Part shown: positions 1-11,140 of the stretch, in pieces
Numbering within the stretch: position 1 is the stretch's first letter
Layout of the letters: every line of letters begins with the position of its first letter
Origin: Octopus sinensis
Lineage: Eukaryota
Assembly: GCF_006345805.1 (NCBI RefSeq)
Contig: NC_043005.1
Span: 22,692,001-22,756,000, forward strand
Direction: 5' to 3'
Length of the DNA stretch: 64,000 nt
The notes under the pieces: model-generated
Told to the model about the DNA's origin: nothing
What the model saw: only the letters and a program-made list of their open reading frames with translations
Databases searched by the model: none
Translations under genes and position numbers: made by a program

Positions 1-1324
1 TCGTCTTTATTCCAAAATCATGTGGAATATTTCCTTAGAGGCTTACTACATCAAAACGAAGTAAAAGTGAATTCGTTTCTGTTATTTGGGAAAGATAGCA
101 CAGGAAGTCGATGTAGAGGAAAGCTATAGCACTGAATAATTTAGAAAGTATATTGAAAAGGCATGAAAGAGATACCTTGACGACTGCTTTTAATCCGGAC
201 AGAAACTCTAAATACTCTGGAAAAGATCAATATCTTCCTGAACAACCTTCCTCCTCGTTTCTTTCTCGCTCACACATCTATTGATATTTTCAATATTTTT
301 CTCCTCATAAACAAAACTTATGGAATGATGTCAAAGTAACACACGTGTAGTCCCAACCGAGTGAGGTCATGTTATGTGTATGTGCTTATATTAATCTGTC
401 AAATGTAATGCTTATTTGTTCACGGTATTTTGAATTATTCAGGTTCAAGAGGGGTGTCCACAATATTTGCTTGTAAATTTTTTACATAAAGATTTGAAAT
501 TTTTCCAGTGGGTGCTTTATATACCACTGGTTTGTAGTTACGTAATTTTAGCTGATATAACTGCGTAAATTTGACTTTCATGTTCAGGTAATTTTAATTA
601 ACAGGTGTAAAAGCAATAACATTGAAATTCTTAATGCATCTTGTTTGATTTGTTACTAAAATTATCGCAGGTGACAACCGACAAAAATTTTGCCAGTTTT
701 CAAGAAGAGCGGTACAAGATTTTATTCTTTCGGTAAATATTTCGTACCTAGGTGTAGAATAATTTCTTTCCATAGTCTTTTTTCGGGTGCATTCAACGTA
801 TCTGACCTCCAAACATGTCGCAAGCCACATTTTTTCCGGAAAGAATGATGGGAGGGGTGACGGGGATCTCGAAGTTTCCAACCAAGGAAGTTTTGCTTCG
901 CGGGACTTTTTTTCTTTCCTAGGTTATTTTGCATGTTTTCAACGAATATGACATCGAAATTACGCATAAACAGCTCAGATTCGGCTGCTATTTCGAGCAT
1001 GCCCTGCTACCACGTAACAGCTGCTTGCGTTTACACTGAAATATTTACCAACTTTTTCCTTCTATTTATTTTTTCCACTTTATGGAAGTCAATATTTTCT
1101 CTGTTGACATCCACCTCGGCGAGGTCACAGATCAAGTGGAAAGACATCAATCACTGTTCCCTCTTGAGAGGACAAAGCAATTTTCCGCTCTCTTTGCAAA
1201 AAAACAAGCGGGTGGATTTGGTTTCAAATCCAGGCAGGGCCAAACGAGGTCCTACAAGTTATTTATAATAATAAGTGGCGTTATATCGGGGTTCAAAGAA
1301 TGACGCATACAATATTAAATGTGC

Positions 1325-1537
1325 TAAAACAATCTGAAAACAATAGAAACTTTTAAACGTTTATCAGTTTTTATGAAATTTTTGCGTTAACGGACTTGAG
1401 TTAACAGAAGCTACATGTAACGGAAGTTAATTAGTCCGATGATGATTTTTAAAGTTAACTTAAAATTAAGTCGTTAACAAAAATGTTAACTTCGTTAAAT
1501 AGCGATTAACGGATTAACGGACTTATGCCCAGCTCTA
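1325..1537. mobile_element. Terminus of a hAT-like DNA transposon with subterminal GTTAAC/TTAACGGA repeats
   Basis: Ends in ...ATGCCCAGCTCTA (reverse TAGAGCTGGGCAT, a hAT-type TIR start). It is preceded by many GTTAAC/TTAACGGA motifs. The partner end was not found. Confidence 0.45.
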
Positions 1538-1550
1538 TATATTCACTACC

Positions 1551-2017
1551 GTTTTCTGTACCTATCCCTCCACCTTGATGTCTTTCAAACATATCACCCC
1601 ACCTCCCACTCCTCACACATATTCAATCCTTACATTCTTATATCTTCCTATCCCTCTTCTACTCCCCTCCCAACCTCATGATATCTTGACCACCATCAAA
1701 CATTCCTTTTTCATTTTATCTTCTTCTTTCTTTCTTCTTTCTCCATCTATTCCTTTTGACCATTCTCCTCATTTTAACATACATGCCTATTCTCTTCTCT
1801 CTATCAACTGAATACTATCACTACGTTTTCAAAATTTCATTCACGCCACATGACCCCTTTGAATGAACAGTACATGGAATCTTCGTCTCTACACTTTCCA
1901 TTTGTAATAACAAAATATAAACTCCTATCGGAATTTACATGCCACGAACAAGAAGCATTTTTACCATTTCTACACACTGCTTTCTTTGGATAATGGAACT
2001 GCAACTATAATATCTTG
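1551..2017 (+). repeat. Unclassified interspersed repeat, copy 1 (copy 2 at ~45762-46240)
   Basis: Colinear diverged similarity, e.g. CAAACATATCACCC, ATATCTTGACCACCA, AACTCCTATCGGAATTT and GGAACTGCAACTATAA are present in both copies. Confidence 0.8.
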
Positions 2018-2023
2018 TTCCTA

Positions 2024-2251
2024 ATGAACCAAATAATTTCCCTAGATATATAGAATTTTTGCAAACCCATATAGGAGAGTATAAAAAAATTCTAATTTCA
2101 CTTTATTCAAATTTATTTATATTATAAAATTTCCTAATAATCTATGCAGGTTAAATAAAAGCTAGTATGGTATATTAATTCCTTATTTGGTTACAATGAT
2201 AATAATGGGTTTGCAAAAATTCTATATATCTAGGGAAATTATTTGGTTCAT
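2024..2251. repeat. Perfect 47-bp inverted repeat (2024-2070 / 2205-2251) with a 134-bp spacer
   Basis: ATGAACCAAATAATTTCCCTAGATATATAGAATTTTTGCAAACCCAT and its exact reverse complement. Confidence 0.95.
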
Positions 2252-2437
2252 CTTGATTACCTCCCTTCCATTACTTTTTAATATATCTTATAGACTCCTG
2301 ATATATGTGCTAAATAGATAAGGTTTTTTTCTTTTTTTATAGTTAGTAAATATTATGTCTAGCATATTCTTTTAATTTAACTCATTAATAAATAAATCAC
2401 TATTTACTTACTAACTATGATTCTATATTAGTAAAAT

Positions 2438-2499
<62 letters not shown>

Positions 2500-3034
2500 T
2501 ATATATAATGATGATTTCTATATTTTCTATCCCTGTATAATATACTAAAATTTACTGGAATCCTTTGGAAAACTATCTAAAGGATATTTATTTAAAATTC
2601 ACAAGCAGAATTATGACTGTTAAATGGTAAGGGACATTAGAAACCTCTAGAGCATTAGTAGTCTCTATTCTCCCTACCCGACTATTTTCAGCCTACTAAC
2701 TTTTGCTAAAATACATTCAAATATAAGTTAAATTATTCAAAATGAGGATGGATTTATGGCTTTGACATTTGTACTACCTCTTCCTCTATCTATAAATAGA
2801 AAAAATTCTTGTTTGTCTCCATTGAACCAAGAATAGAAAGCCCCTCCCCACTGATAGATCTAAATAACAAACTGAACTCAATGATAAAAAATCTACAAAT
2901 GGAGAAGAACATATTACCACCATGTTCTTAATGATGAAATTAACCTCTCTGTCTATATATCTACCCTCTTTGTAATGTTGGCAAATGAAATAAGTATAAA
3001 AATGTGCATTGTCCGTTTAATTTAAAATTCTATA

Positions 3035-3122
3035 TGTGGCTGAAGATTGCTCGACATTTTAAGATTAATGTAATACTTACAGTGTTTAATAAAATGAAGT
3101 AGCATGAAACGGTTGTACTACA
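3035..3122 (+). ncRNA. Type I hammerhead ribozyme with a long loop II
   Basis: Stem I TGTGG/CTACA; core CTGAAGA (3040-3046); stem II TGCT/AGCA with a U-U at 10.1/11.1; GAAA (3106-3109); stem III AC-GGTT-GT; cleavage triplet GTA (3115-3117). Confidence 0.7.
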
Positions 3123-3165
3123 CTACCTTGGATATCCTTGTTGCTTATTTTGATTATATATATAT

Positions 3166-4161
3166 AGCCGAAATTACGAGGATGATCCGGTTCTTGACTG
3201 AAGATTGAAGGCTTCGAATGTCCCGTCCGTGTATTTTGTATCGTCTTCTAAATGTTTTGCGTTCTTGTCCCAGTTCGTATTTTTTACATATACATATATA
3301 TATATATATATAGCGGCGCCCGTACCCTTTTGGGTCTTGTATGTAAGTACATATTTCTTTAAATTTGGTTCGACTCTATAACACTGTCTCTCTCTCCCCC
3401 CTCTCCTACATTTCTCTGCCTTTCACACTTTGCACTCCACATTGATCTGTCTCTCTCTCTATCCCTCTTCTCCTCCTTTTCTCTTTTCTTGCCTCTGATT
3501 CTTTGGTCTCCTCTTCCCCCACTCTCTCACATTTCTCTGTCTTTCTCACTTTGCACCTCACTGATTCTGTCGCCAAGCCAATCCTTGGCACGCTCTCTTT
3601 CTTCTCCCCTCTTTAATTCCTTCTTTATCTCTCTTCTCCCTCCCCCCCCCCCCTTTGGTGTCTTTGTCCCTCTTTTTCTCTCTCTCTTTGATTCCTTTCT
3701 CCCCTTTTTTCTCTCTCTTCTCCTCACACGTGACCGCTGGTCAACCAGCCTTTCGGCTTCTGACCACCGCCACGAGAACATCGTTTTCTTCGTCTGCCGA
3801 AAAAGGCATTCTTTTCCAAATACGCCAGCTAAGCTAAGTTGTACTGTCTATAGTCGTAAGACACCCGCTGTTTTTGTCCTGCTATTACTATTATTGTTTT
3901 TTGTATTTATATTCGTGTGGCATCGTCCGTTTTTCTGTCCTTGTTTCGTATACATTCGATCCTTTTTCCAAGAAATCTAATGCTCGTAGCTTAGTTTTTC
4001 CTTGGGGCTGGCCGGATCGGAGCGATCTCAAGATTAATCAGCCGAAATTGCGAGGATGATCCGGTTCTTGACTGAAGATTGAAGGCTTCGATTGTCCCGT
4101 CCGTGTTTTTTGTATCGTCTTTTAAATGTTTTGCGTTCTTGTCCCAGTTTGTATTTTTTAC

Positions 4162-4205
<44 letters not shown>
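3166..4205. mobile_element. Non-coding ~875-bp element in partial tandem, bounded by (TA)n
   Basis: 3166-~3296 is repeated at 4040-~4170 (about 5 substitutions). Each copy is followed by (TA)n. The interior is CT-rich with no credible ORF. Confidence 0.6.
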
Positions 4206-4209
<4 letters not shown>

Positions 4210-4590
4210 CAGCCTTGTACTGACAGTGATTTTGAGGTCTAATAGATTAAAGATAGCAATGAGTCTTTCCTAAATTTATCAAGAGTGTGACCATCACACC
4301 CATGGGAAATTCCCAATCCATCGTTCATCGTGGGATGAGAACATGGATCTCAATGTATCTAAAATAAAAAGAACTACAAGATCGCAAATATCAACGCTGT
4401 CATACGATCCCATTGATACATCGAACAATTCATCCGTATCGAATTTTTTAACCCATGTTCAACTCTCACTAAATAGAAGTGTTTCTTCGAATGCTTGATA
4501 AAGTGTAGGCCTATATGGTCTATATCAACATACGTTATTGCAAACTCAGTCACCTTATCAAGCAACGATCTCGATATAGATATTATGCAG
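4206..4590 (-). mobile_element. Penelope-like element RT fragment (degenerate)
   Basis: Minus-strand frames give WVKKFDTDELFDVSMGSYDSVDICDLV...DDGLGIS...DKFRKD...LDLKITV, matching the PLE RT motifs seen at 36316-36950. Confidence 0.75.
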
Positions 4591-5330
4591 GTCTCTCAGG
4601 CGTTTTGGATGGATATTGAGGAGCTGTGGGCCTTTGAAATTCAAGCAGATGCGGTATCTGGTCCTGTATCTTGATGACGATTTTGGAATCTTTGGTACTA
4701 TGCAGTGGCACCCCTTCCTGCTATTTGGACAATCTTCTATGCTAAAGTTCGGTACAAGCCCTTCCAGGAATTTTCAGATGTATATCACCGCATATCTTTC
4801 CTGCTTTCGTTCTAGGGTGTAGAGTCTTCACTTTTTCAGCCTTTCTCAGTAGTTAACACATTACATTGAGGCTATTTTCTTTGTGTAGCTTCACTGCGTT
4901 GCTCCAAGTTCTGCCGTTAATTTTATACTCGGGGGCAGCAGTCTAAGCCGCTGAGGACTTATGTCCTCCAGAAGACCATCATGGTTTCCTGTTTCCTCAT
5001 TCCGAAAATTAAGAGAATCCATTTGGTTAACAATCTCCGTGTGTTGTTATTGTTCGTACTTTACTTCTTTTGGATTGCTGGGCAGACAGATGGGTCCTGC
5101 TTCCATACATGTAACACAAGGTCATCTACCTTGAATGTGGAGCTTTAAGGTTTTCTTAATACTTTGTACATTTCACAGCTCTGGAATTGTTTGGGGGTTT
5201 TGCCGGATCATGAGTTGAATTTCCACAGCAATAGAACCTGACCACATAGCACTGAATTTGGGCAGATGTGACATTTGACCGATGACCCTGACGTTGACTT
5301 TTGTGTTACTTCATTCTACTCGTGCTTCTC
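4590..5330 (-). mobile_element. CR1/Jockey-group LINE ORF2 C-terminal RT fragment (degenerate)
   Basis: Frames give ETMMVFWRT*VLSGLDCC...IKLTAELGATQ*SYTKKIASM...ERLKK*RLYTLERKQERYAVIYI*KFLEGLVPNF...FKGPQLLNI. Confidence 0.7.
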
Positions 5331-6099
5331 TAACTTATAGGCAGGTGCGTCGCTTTGTATTTGGTTTTGTACTATCACCCCCTCTTCTGTTTTAAAAAGG
5401 AATATTAACTCACATGAAATATATGCCAAGGCTGCTTCCAAATCATAGTTGAATAGGACAAGAAAATCAACTATATTTTTGGTAAGAGATACATTGCTTT
5501 CTACCTCACTGACATGGATTTGCGGAAGGCTTGCCACAGTTCGGTGAACAAAATACTAGAAGGCTTTCAATCTTTCAACAAAATGTTCTATACTAAAAGT
5601 TTCCTCTTCAAAAGAACACAAGCAAAAGACATGTTTTACTTATTCGTGTTTACATCCTAAGTGCATGTATTTGTTGCTGTTGACAAAAATTCTAATCGGT
5701 GGAGTCAACATATCTGTTTTATTTTAGTTCGTGTCTACAATTACTACTTTGCGCTTCAATTAATTCAGCATTTTGAAGGGTTTCTATTCTGTATGTGCAA
5801 TGTATTGTTTTGTACATTTTCAGTTTTGTTTTTGGAGACATGGTGTAAAATTTTCAAGACTATTTTCCTTTTACTCTTTTCTGTCAGTAGCGCGAGAGAA
5901 AAGAAATTTTGTTGAAAAATAAACAAAAACCTTATTTCTTTTGAAAGTTCAAACTTAGGAATTTATCTCTATGCGAGTATTTTGGGGTAAAAACTCTATT
6001 TCAAGTGTTAAAATCTTTTTTCCTTTTTGTAAACAAAACGTTTACATACGTCGCATTGTATAATAAAAATATTAATCCATCACTTCTCCGCCCCCTTTT

Positions 6100-6410
6100 T
6101 TCTGAGAGGCACCTTCTCCATAAGATCCTATCAGAAGCAATTGTCATTAGACTTAGCGTGATCAATGAAAGTATGGATATTATACAACCATCTCGCTCTC
6201 AGCCTACCTCAAGTCTCCTGCTGGTTGGCTCAGCTTGAAGAATTGGTCATGCAATTCTTTCCTGCGACATTCTAATTCTCAGTGTAACTCGATCTGGAGA
6301 GGTTTCCTAATCTCCGAGCTATGCACCCTATCGAGTAACGTTACTCCAGAGATCCCCAGGAAAAATCCGATTTCGGCCGCTGGTATTCACGATCGTATTC
6401 ATTATATCAT
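6100..6410 (-). mobile_element. RTE-clade LINE 3' ORF fragment
   Basis: Minus frame AAEIGFFLGISGVTLLDRVHSSEIRKPLQIE resembles the RTE RT C-terminus. Confidence 0.6.
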
Positions 6411-6429
6411 TACCCAACATTCATGACAT

Positions 6430-6446
6430 TAATAATAATAATAAAG

Positions 6447-6477
<31 letters not shown>

Positions 6478-6597
6478 GAAGAAGGAAGAAGAAGAAGAAG
6501 AAGAAGAAGAAGAAGAAGAAGAAGAAGAAGAAGAAGAAGAAGAAGAAGAAGAAGAAGAAGAAGAAGAAGAAGAACGACGACAACAACAACAACAAAA
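6430..6597. repeat. Compound microsatellite (AAT)n-(AAG)n-(AAC)n
   Basis: Directly visible; it is the source of the poly-I/K/F/L ORFs. Confidence 0.97.
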
Positions 6598-7029
6598 AGA
6601 ACGTTAAGGGTTACTAACATAGGCAGAAAGTGAAAAAAACAATTGTTTGTGGAAATAGAATGTGGTTTATATATTCGACCCTAGCACATAGTTGTCGAGG
6701 ACAGAATACAAATATCATGAACTGTTTGTGGAAATCAACAACACAGGAGACGCGAATATTTCAAAGAGTAAGTGAATAATTATGGACAACTACTTTAAAG
6801 ACAACTTCTTTACTCTGTTTCCTATTTATACGTGGTATCATTGATGTATTTTGTTATATTACGAATTGTTTAAGGTATCATTTTGAAAGAAAAAGCCTAG
6901 TCTGTTAATACAACGCTAAAAATAAAGGTAACTTTTCTAAAATGTAACATTTAAGTTAATATTGTAGTTGATGTTGTAAATTTTAATGACATTGTTCCAA
7001 GAGAGAGAGTGGGGAGAGAGATGCGCAGG

Positions 7030-7136
7030 TCAGATACATATATGCAAGCATACATACATACATACATACATACATACATACATACATACATACATACATA
7101 CATGCATGCATGCATGCATATACATACATACATACA

Positions 7137-7169
<33 letters not shown>

Positions 7170-7185
7170 GTATGTATGTACGTAC
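7030..7185. repeat. (TACA)n microsatellite
   Basis: Directly visible. Confidence 0.97.
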
Positions 7186-7199
7186 AAATGATACAAGGA

Positions 7200-7657
7200 T
7201 GGGATGTCGAATACACTTTTGCTCTGGCACAAGAAGTCGAAGCCCTGAAGCCGAACGGATACAATGCCGAATGGACAATATGCCAAAAAGACACGAAAAT
7301 TAAAAATTTAATCTTAAGTGCTAAATTGGTAAATTGGTCATTAAACTATGTAGGTAGGAATGTATTGTGTTCGTTCGGCTTTATGTCCGTTCGGTATTGT
7401 CTCCGTTCGGTGTTGTGTATGTTCGGTTTTATGTCCGTTCGGCATTGCGTCCGTTCGGATTTATGTCCTTTCGGCATTGTGTCCGTTCGGCTTTATGTCC
7501 GTTCGACATTGTGTCCGTTCGGCTTTACGTCCGTTCGGCTTTACGTCCATTCAGCTTTATGCCCGTTTGGTATTGCGTCCGTTCGGCATTGTATCCGTTC
7601 GGCTTCTTGGCTTCGGTTTCTTGTCCTTCGGCAAAATTGCATTCGGCATCATGCCCG
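7200..7657. mobile_element. Foldback/MULE-like non-autonomous DNA transposon with GCCGAA/TTCGGC subterminal arrays
   Basis: Imperfect long inverted ends: GAAGCCGAACGGATACAATGCCGAA near 7247 versus its complement near 7580-7610. A ~20-bp tandem array (GTCCGTTCGGC...) fills 7370-7610. Confidence 0.6.
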
Positions 7658-9059
7658 CGCACGTGAACGAACACAGACCAATGTATACACATACAGAACG
7701 TCGAATTCCTCTTGATCACATATTACAGAGTAAGATGTACATTGCCAAGCTAATACACATAGATACACTACAGAGAGATAGATTTTGAAGCAGTACCTCT
7801 GCGAGTCATTAATGTTTTTATTATCAGAATTTCATAAAAAATAGTATCGACAACTTACTTATGTTCTATTCTCAAGAAAGGCGATGGACCACATAACAAT
7901 AATGCGCTGACAAGTAAAATATTTGACGCAATGAGCAGACTTTTCGAATCTGACTGAAAGGAAAATAAACATATTAACAATTCAAGATTCTGAAATATAT
8001 TAATATATCAAGTTTATACATGGTCTAGCTGTGGTACAATTCTTAGTAAAGGTATTCAAGCAACTGACTTTTGGATCGTTAACAACCATCAATTTTGGCA
8101 TAACGTTCGCCGAACCTCCTAGGTTATCTAGCTAATTACAATCCTTATTTTAAAGGAACTTATATTCAATAATTACATATGTAACCGAAACATTACTAGC
8201 CATTCCTTTCATGACACCACACCTTCCTTGAGTAACTAGAACCTTACACTCTCTCTTACATCAATCTCTTCTCTGAAGTAATGAAATGAAAGTCGTTCAT
8301 ACCTTACACCATCTAAACTAACCATCTCTGTAGGATTGAAATAGAAAGTACAAGAGAGAGGGGTTACAGTTTGGTCTGCCTTCAGTATCCATGCCTAATA
8401 ACATTTCCTCCATATGTAAAGTGGTGTCAATGTATGTTAGATGGTCTTAGTGTCACTAAGGAACTTTTTCAAGCTAAAAATCCTGGTCATATTTCCCTCA
8501 AATCACACCCAATTTTTAAAAATAAATGTTATATCAAACAACGTAATTCATGATCTACAGAAAAACGGGACGGTCATGATTGAAGCACTTTTCCTCATAG
8601 ACCAGTTCGATCAAGATTGATCTGGGGTTAACCAGCAACAACAAATCACATCAAGGCCCACTTTGTCTTTAGTTTTTTTCAGAATCCCTAAATAAAATAT
8701 CATTCTATTAGTGATATCGCTTTTCCCCCGCTCCTTCTGTCTGTCTTTCTCTCTTCTCAAAAGAATCATCTGTTATTAGACACGGAGGAGATTGACTTCA
8801 CCAAGACTAAAATTGCTAAAGATATCCGGTATGCCACAACGACGCCCCTACTATTCCATCAAGGGAGCTCAAGGCGAAGCATAATCTTCCTATCTTAACT
8901 ATGTACAACAAAGCAGACTGCATAAGCTAACGTTCAGTGCTTTGTTATGGACAGCACGTAACACTGTCCAGTGCTGATACATTAGGTCTAGGGCATCATA
9001 TATCCGCGCTAAAAGCCTTTCTGTAGACACTATTTATAGCTATATGAATTACACTAGGG

Positions 9060-9275
9060 CAGGGGTGGGCAAACTTTTTTGATCGCGGGCCGCACAGTGC
9101 GTCTTTGGAATCTTGGCGGGCCTCATTTATAAAAATCAAGTGAAAATATTGTGAATTACCGTACAGTTACGAAGTATCTGCATAGAAGTTGGGATTCATA
9201 AAAGCTCTCGGCGGGCCGCATGAAAACCTATGGCGGGCCGCATGCGGCCCGCGGGCCGTAGTTTGCCCACCCCTG
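9060..9275. mobile_element. hAT (Buster/Charlie-type) MITE, 216 bp
   Basis: Perfect 16-bp TIRs CAGGGGTGGGCAAACT / AGTTTGCCCACCCCTG. The 8-bp TSD CACTAGGG is at 9052-9059 and 9276-9283 (nnnTAnnn type). Subterminal GCGGGCCGC repeats are present. Confidence 0.95.
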
Positions 9276-10133
9276 CACTAGGGTATGCTGAATGTCATGT
9301 CTAGGGACACAGTCATAGCATACCCCTGACAGAATATGAACCTGTGACTAAAAGTAGCCCCTACCGACCTACTTAACTTTCAAAATGTATTTTCAAGTTT
9401 TAAGTATATCCAGAAGTATATCTTGAAACATCAATGGAACAAAGGAATACTCACTACTTTATACGCTATCCGAACGTTCAATAAGGAGGCGAGGCTATAA
9501 TTGATACTGAGCAGACAGTACATCGCTCCTATCTCCGTCTGAGAAAAGAAAACTTAAAAAGACAAAAAGAATTCGCTTCGTTAGTCTAACGTTTAATATT
9601 TTCAAAGGGAAAAACGTTTGTTACCTTTATTGACTTAGCTCGACCTTTGACAGACACCTTTCCTTCAGCCTATTTCTGGACAGGTACTAATATTGATTTA
9701 AGCACTAGTTGTATTCCCGTTTTGCTGCAATGCTTTGCTCCGTAGAACAACAAAGACTTTCACACAAGAATATTAGCTTATTGTAAAAGAGATACGATGT
9801 TTTGTGATATTTATTTAGATCTACTTTTCCTTTTGAAAGTCCTGTCTCGACGATATTGACTTTATTTTTCATTCGGAGAGTAATTCAAGGAATTAGTACG
9901 ATGGTCAGTACAAATCCGTCGAATTATGTGAACTATTGCCTATGTAAAATATCCTTCTTTATGATTTGCAAAATACATCGAAATTTTCTTTTTCGCTCAT
10001 TATAAAAAAGAATTAGATACGTTTTTGGAAATCATGCATTTTTCTGAAATGTACAGAAGCTTATTATTGGGGTTCGATGTAATCGACTTCCCTGCTTCCC
10101 CGAAATTGCTGGCTTTGTGCCAAAATTGGAAAC

Positions 10134-10189
<56 letters not shown>

Positions 10190-10194
10190 TATTA

Positions 10195-10231
<37 letters not shown>

Positions 10232-10250
10232 CATTATTATTATTATTATT

Positions 10251-10804
10251 GAGTGATAGAGCAGTTCATGCCATCAAAGTGACACTGGGGTAAAATATAC
10301 GAAGCCCAATATACCCATCATGACTACCCGTCTGATAAGGGTACACCAGGCACATGCATCACAACCATATATGCGCGACATGGTGATCTTATATCAAGAT
10401 AAACAGCACATGACCTTGCAGGTGGGGCCCAGTTAGAATTTTCTTCAGGTTGAGTAGCCTATCCCGCTCAAAAGGTCCCTGAATAAGGGTTGTTTAAGGA
10501 TGTTGAAAGAACCACCCATGTTTCCAGAGGTGAATTATTCAAACCCCAAAGAATCCCTCTCAACACATGGCTATGATGCTCCCCCACTACTTCTGCTCGT
10601 GATCAGAGATGCACATATTGTCAGCCACTAAGGGACATGCTCAACTGGTTATGGTCAAGCAACTGACAAGCAAATCTGTGGTATTGAGCAGAATATTTGC
10701 TGTAGCCCATCTTTTATACCAAGACAAACCAATGTACATGATAACACTTCCAATCAGTTAAGATCAGAAGCCATGAGAGCCACTGCCTGGTACTGCATCA
10801 GGGC

Positions 10805-10805
<1 letters not shown>
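10251..10805. repeat. ~555-bp unclassified element embedded in (ATT)n arrays
   Basis: A sharp-edged, higher-complexity block between (ATT)n arrays at 10133-10250 and 10806-11138; no ORF. Confidence 0.5.
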
Positions 10806-10870
<65 letters not shown>

Positions 10871-11070
10871 CATTATTATTGTTATTATTATTATCATTAT
10901 TATTATCATCATTATTATTATCATCATTATTATTATTATTATTATTATTATCATTATTATCATTATTATTATTATTATTATTATTATCATTATTATTATT
11001 ATTATCATTATTATTATTATTATTATCATTATTATTATTATTATCATTATTATTATTATTATTATCATTA

Positions 11071-11140
<70 letters not shown>

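Noticed and set aside
594-1303. Short ORFs next to the hAT-like end as a transposase
   Set aside because: No recognisable hAT or other motif in any frame I translated.
7370-7610. Regular ~20-bp repeats as a CRISPR-like array
   Set aside because: No unique spacers, eukaryotic context, and better explained as subterminal transposon repeats.
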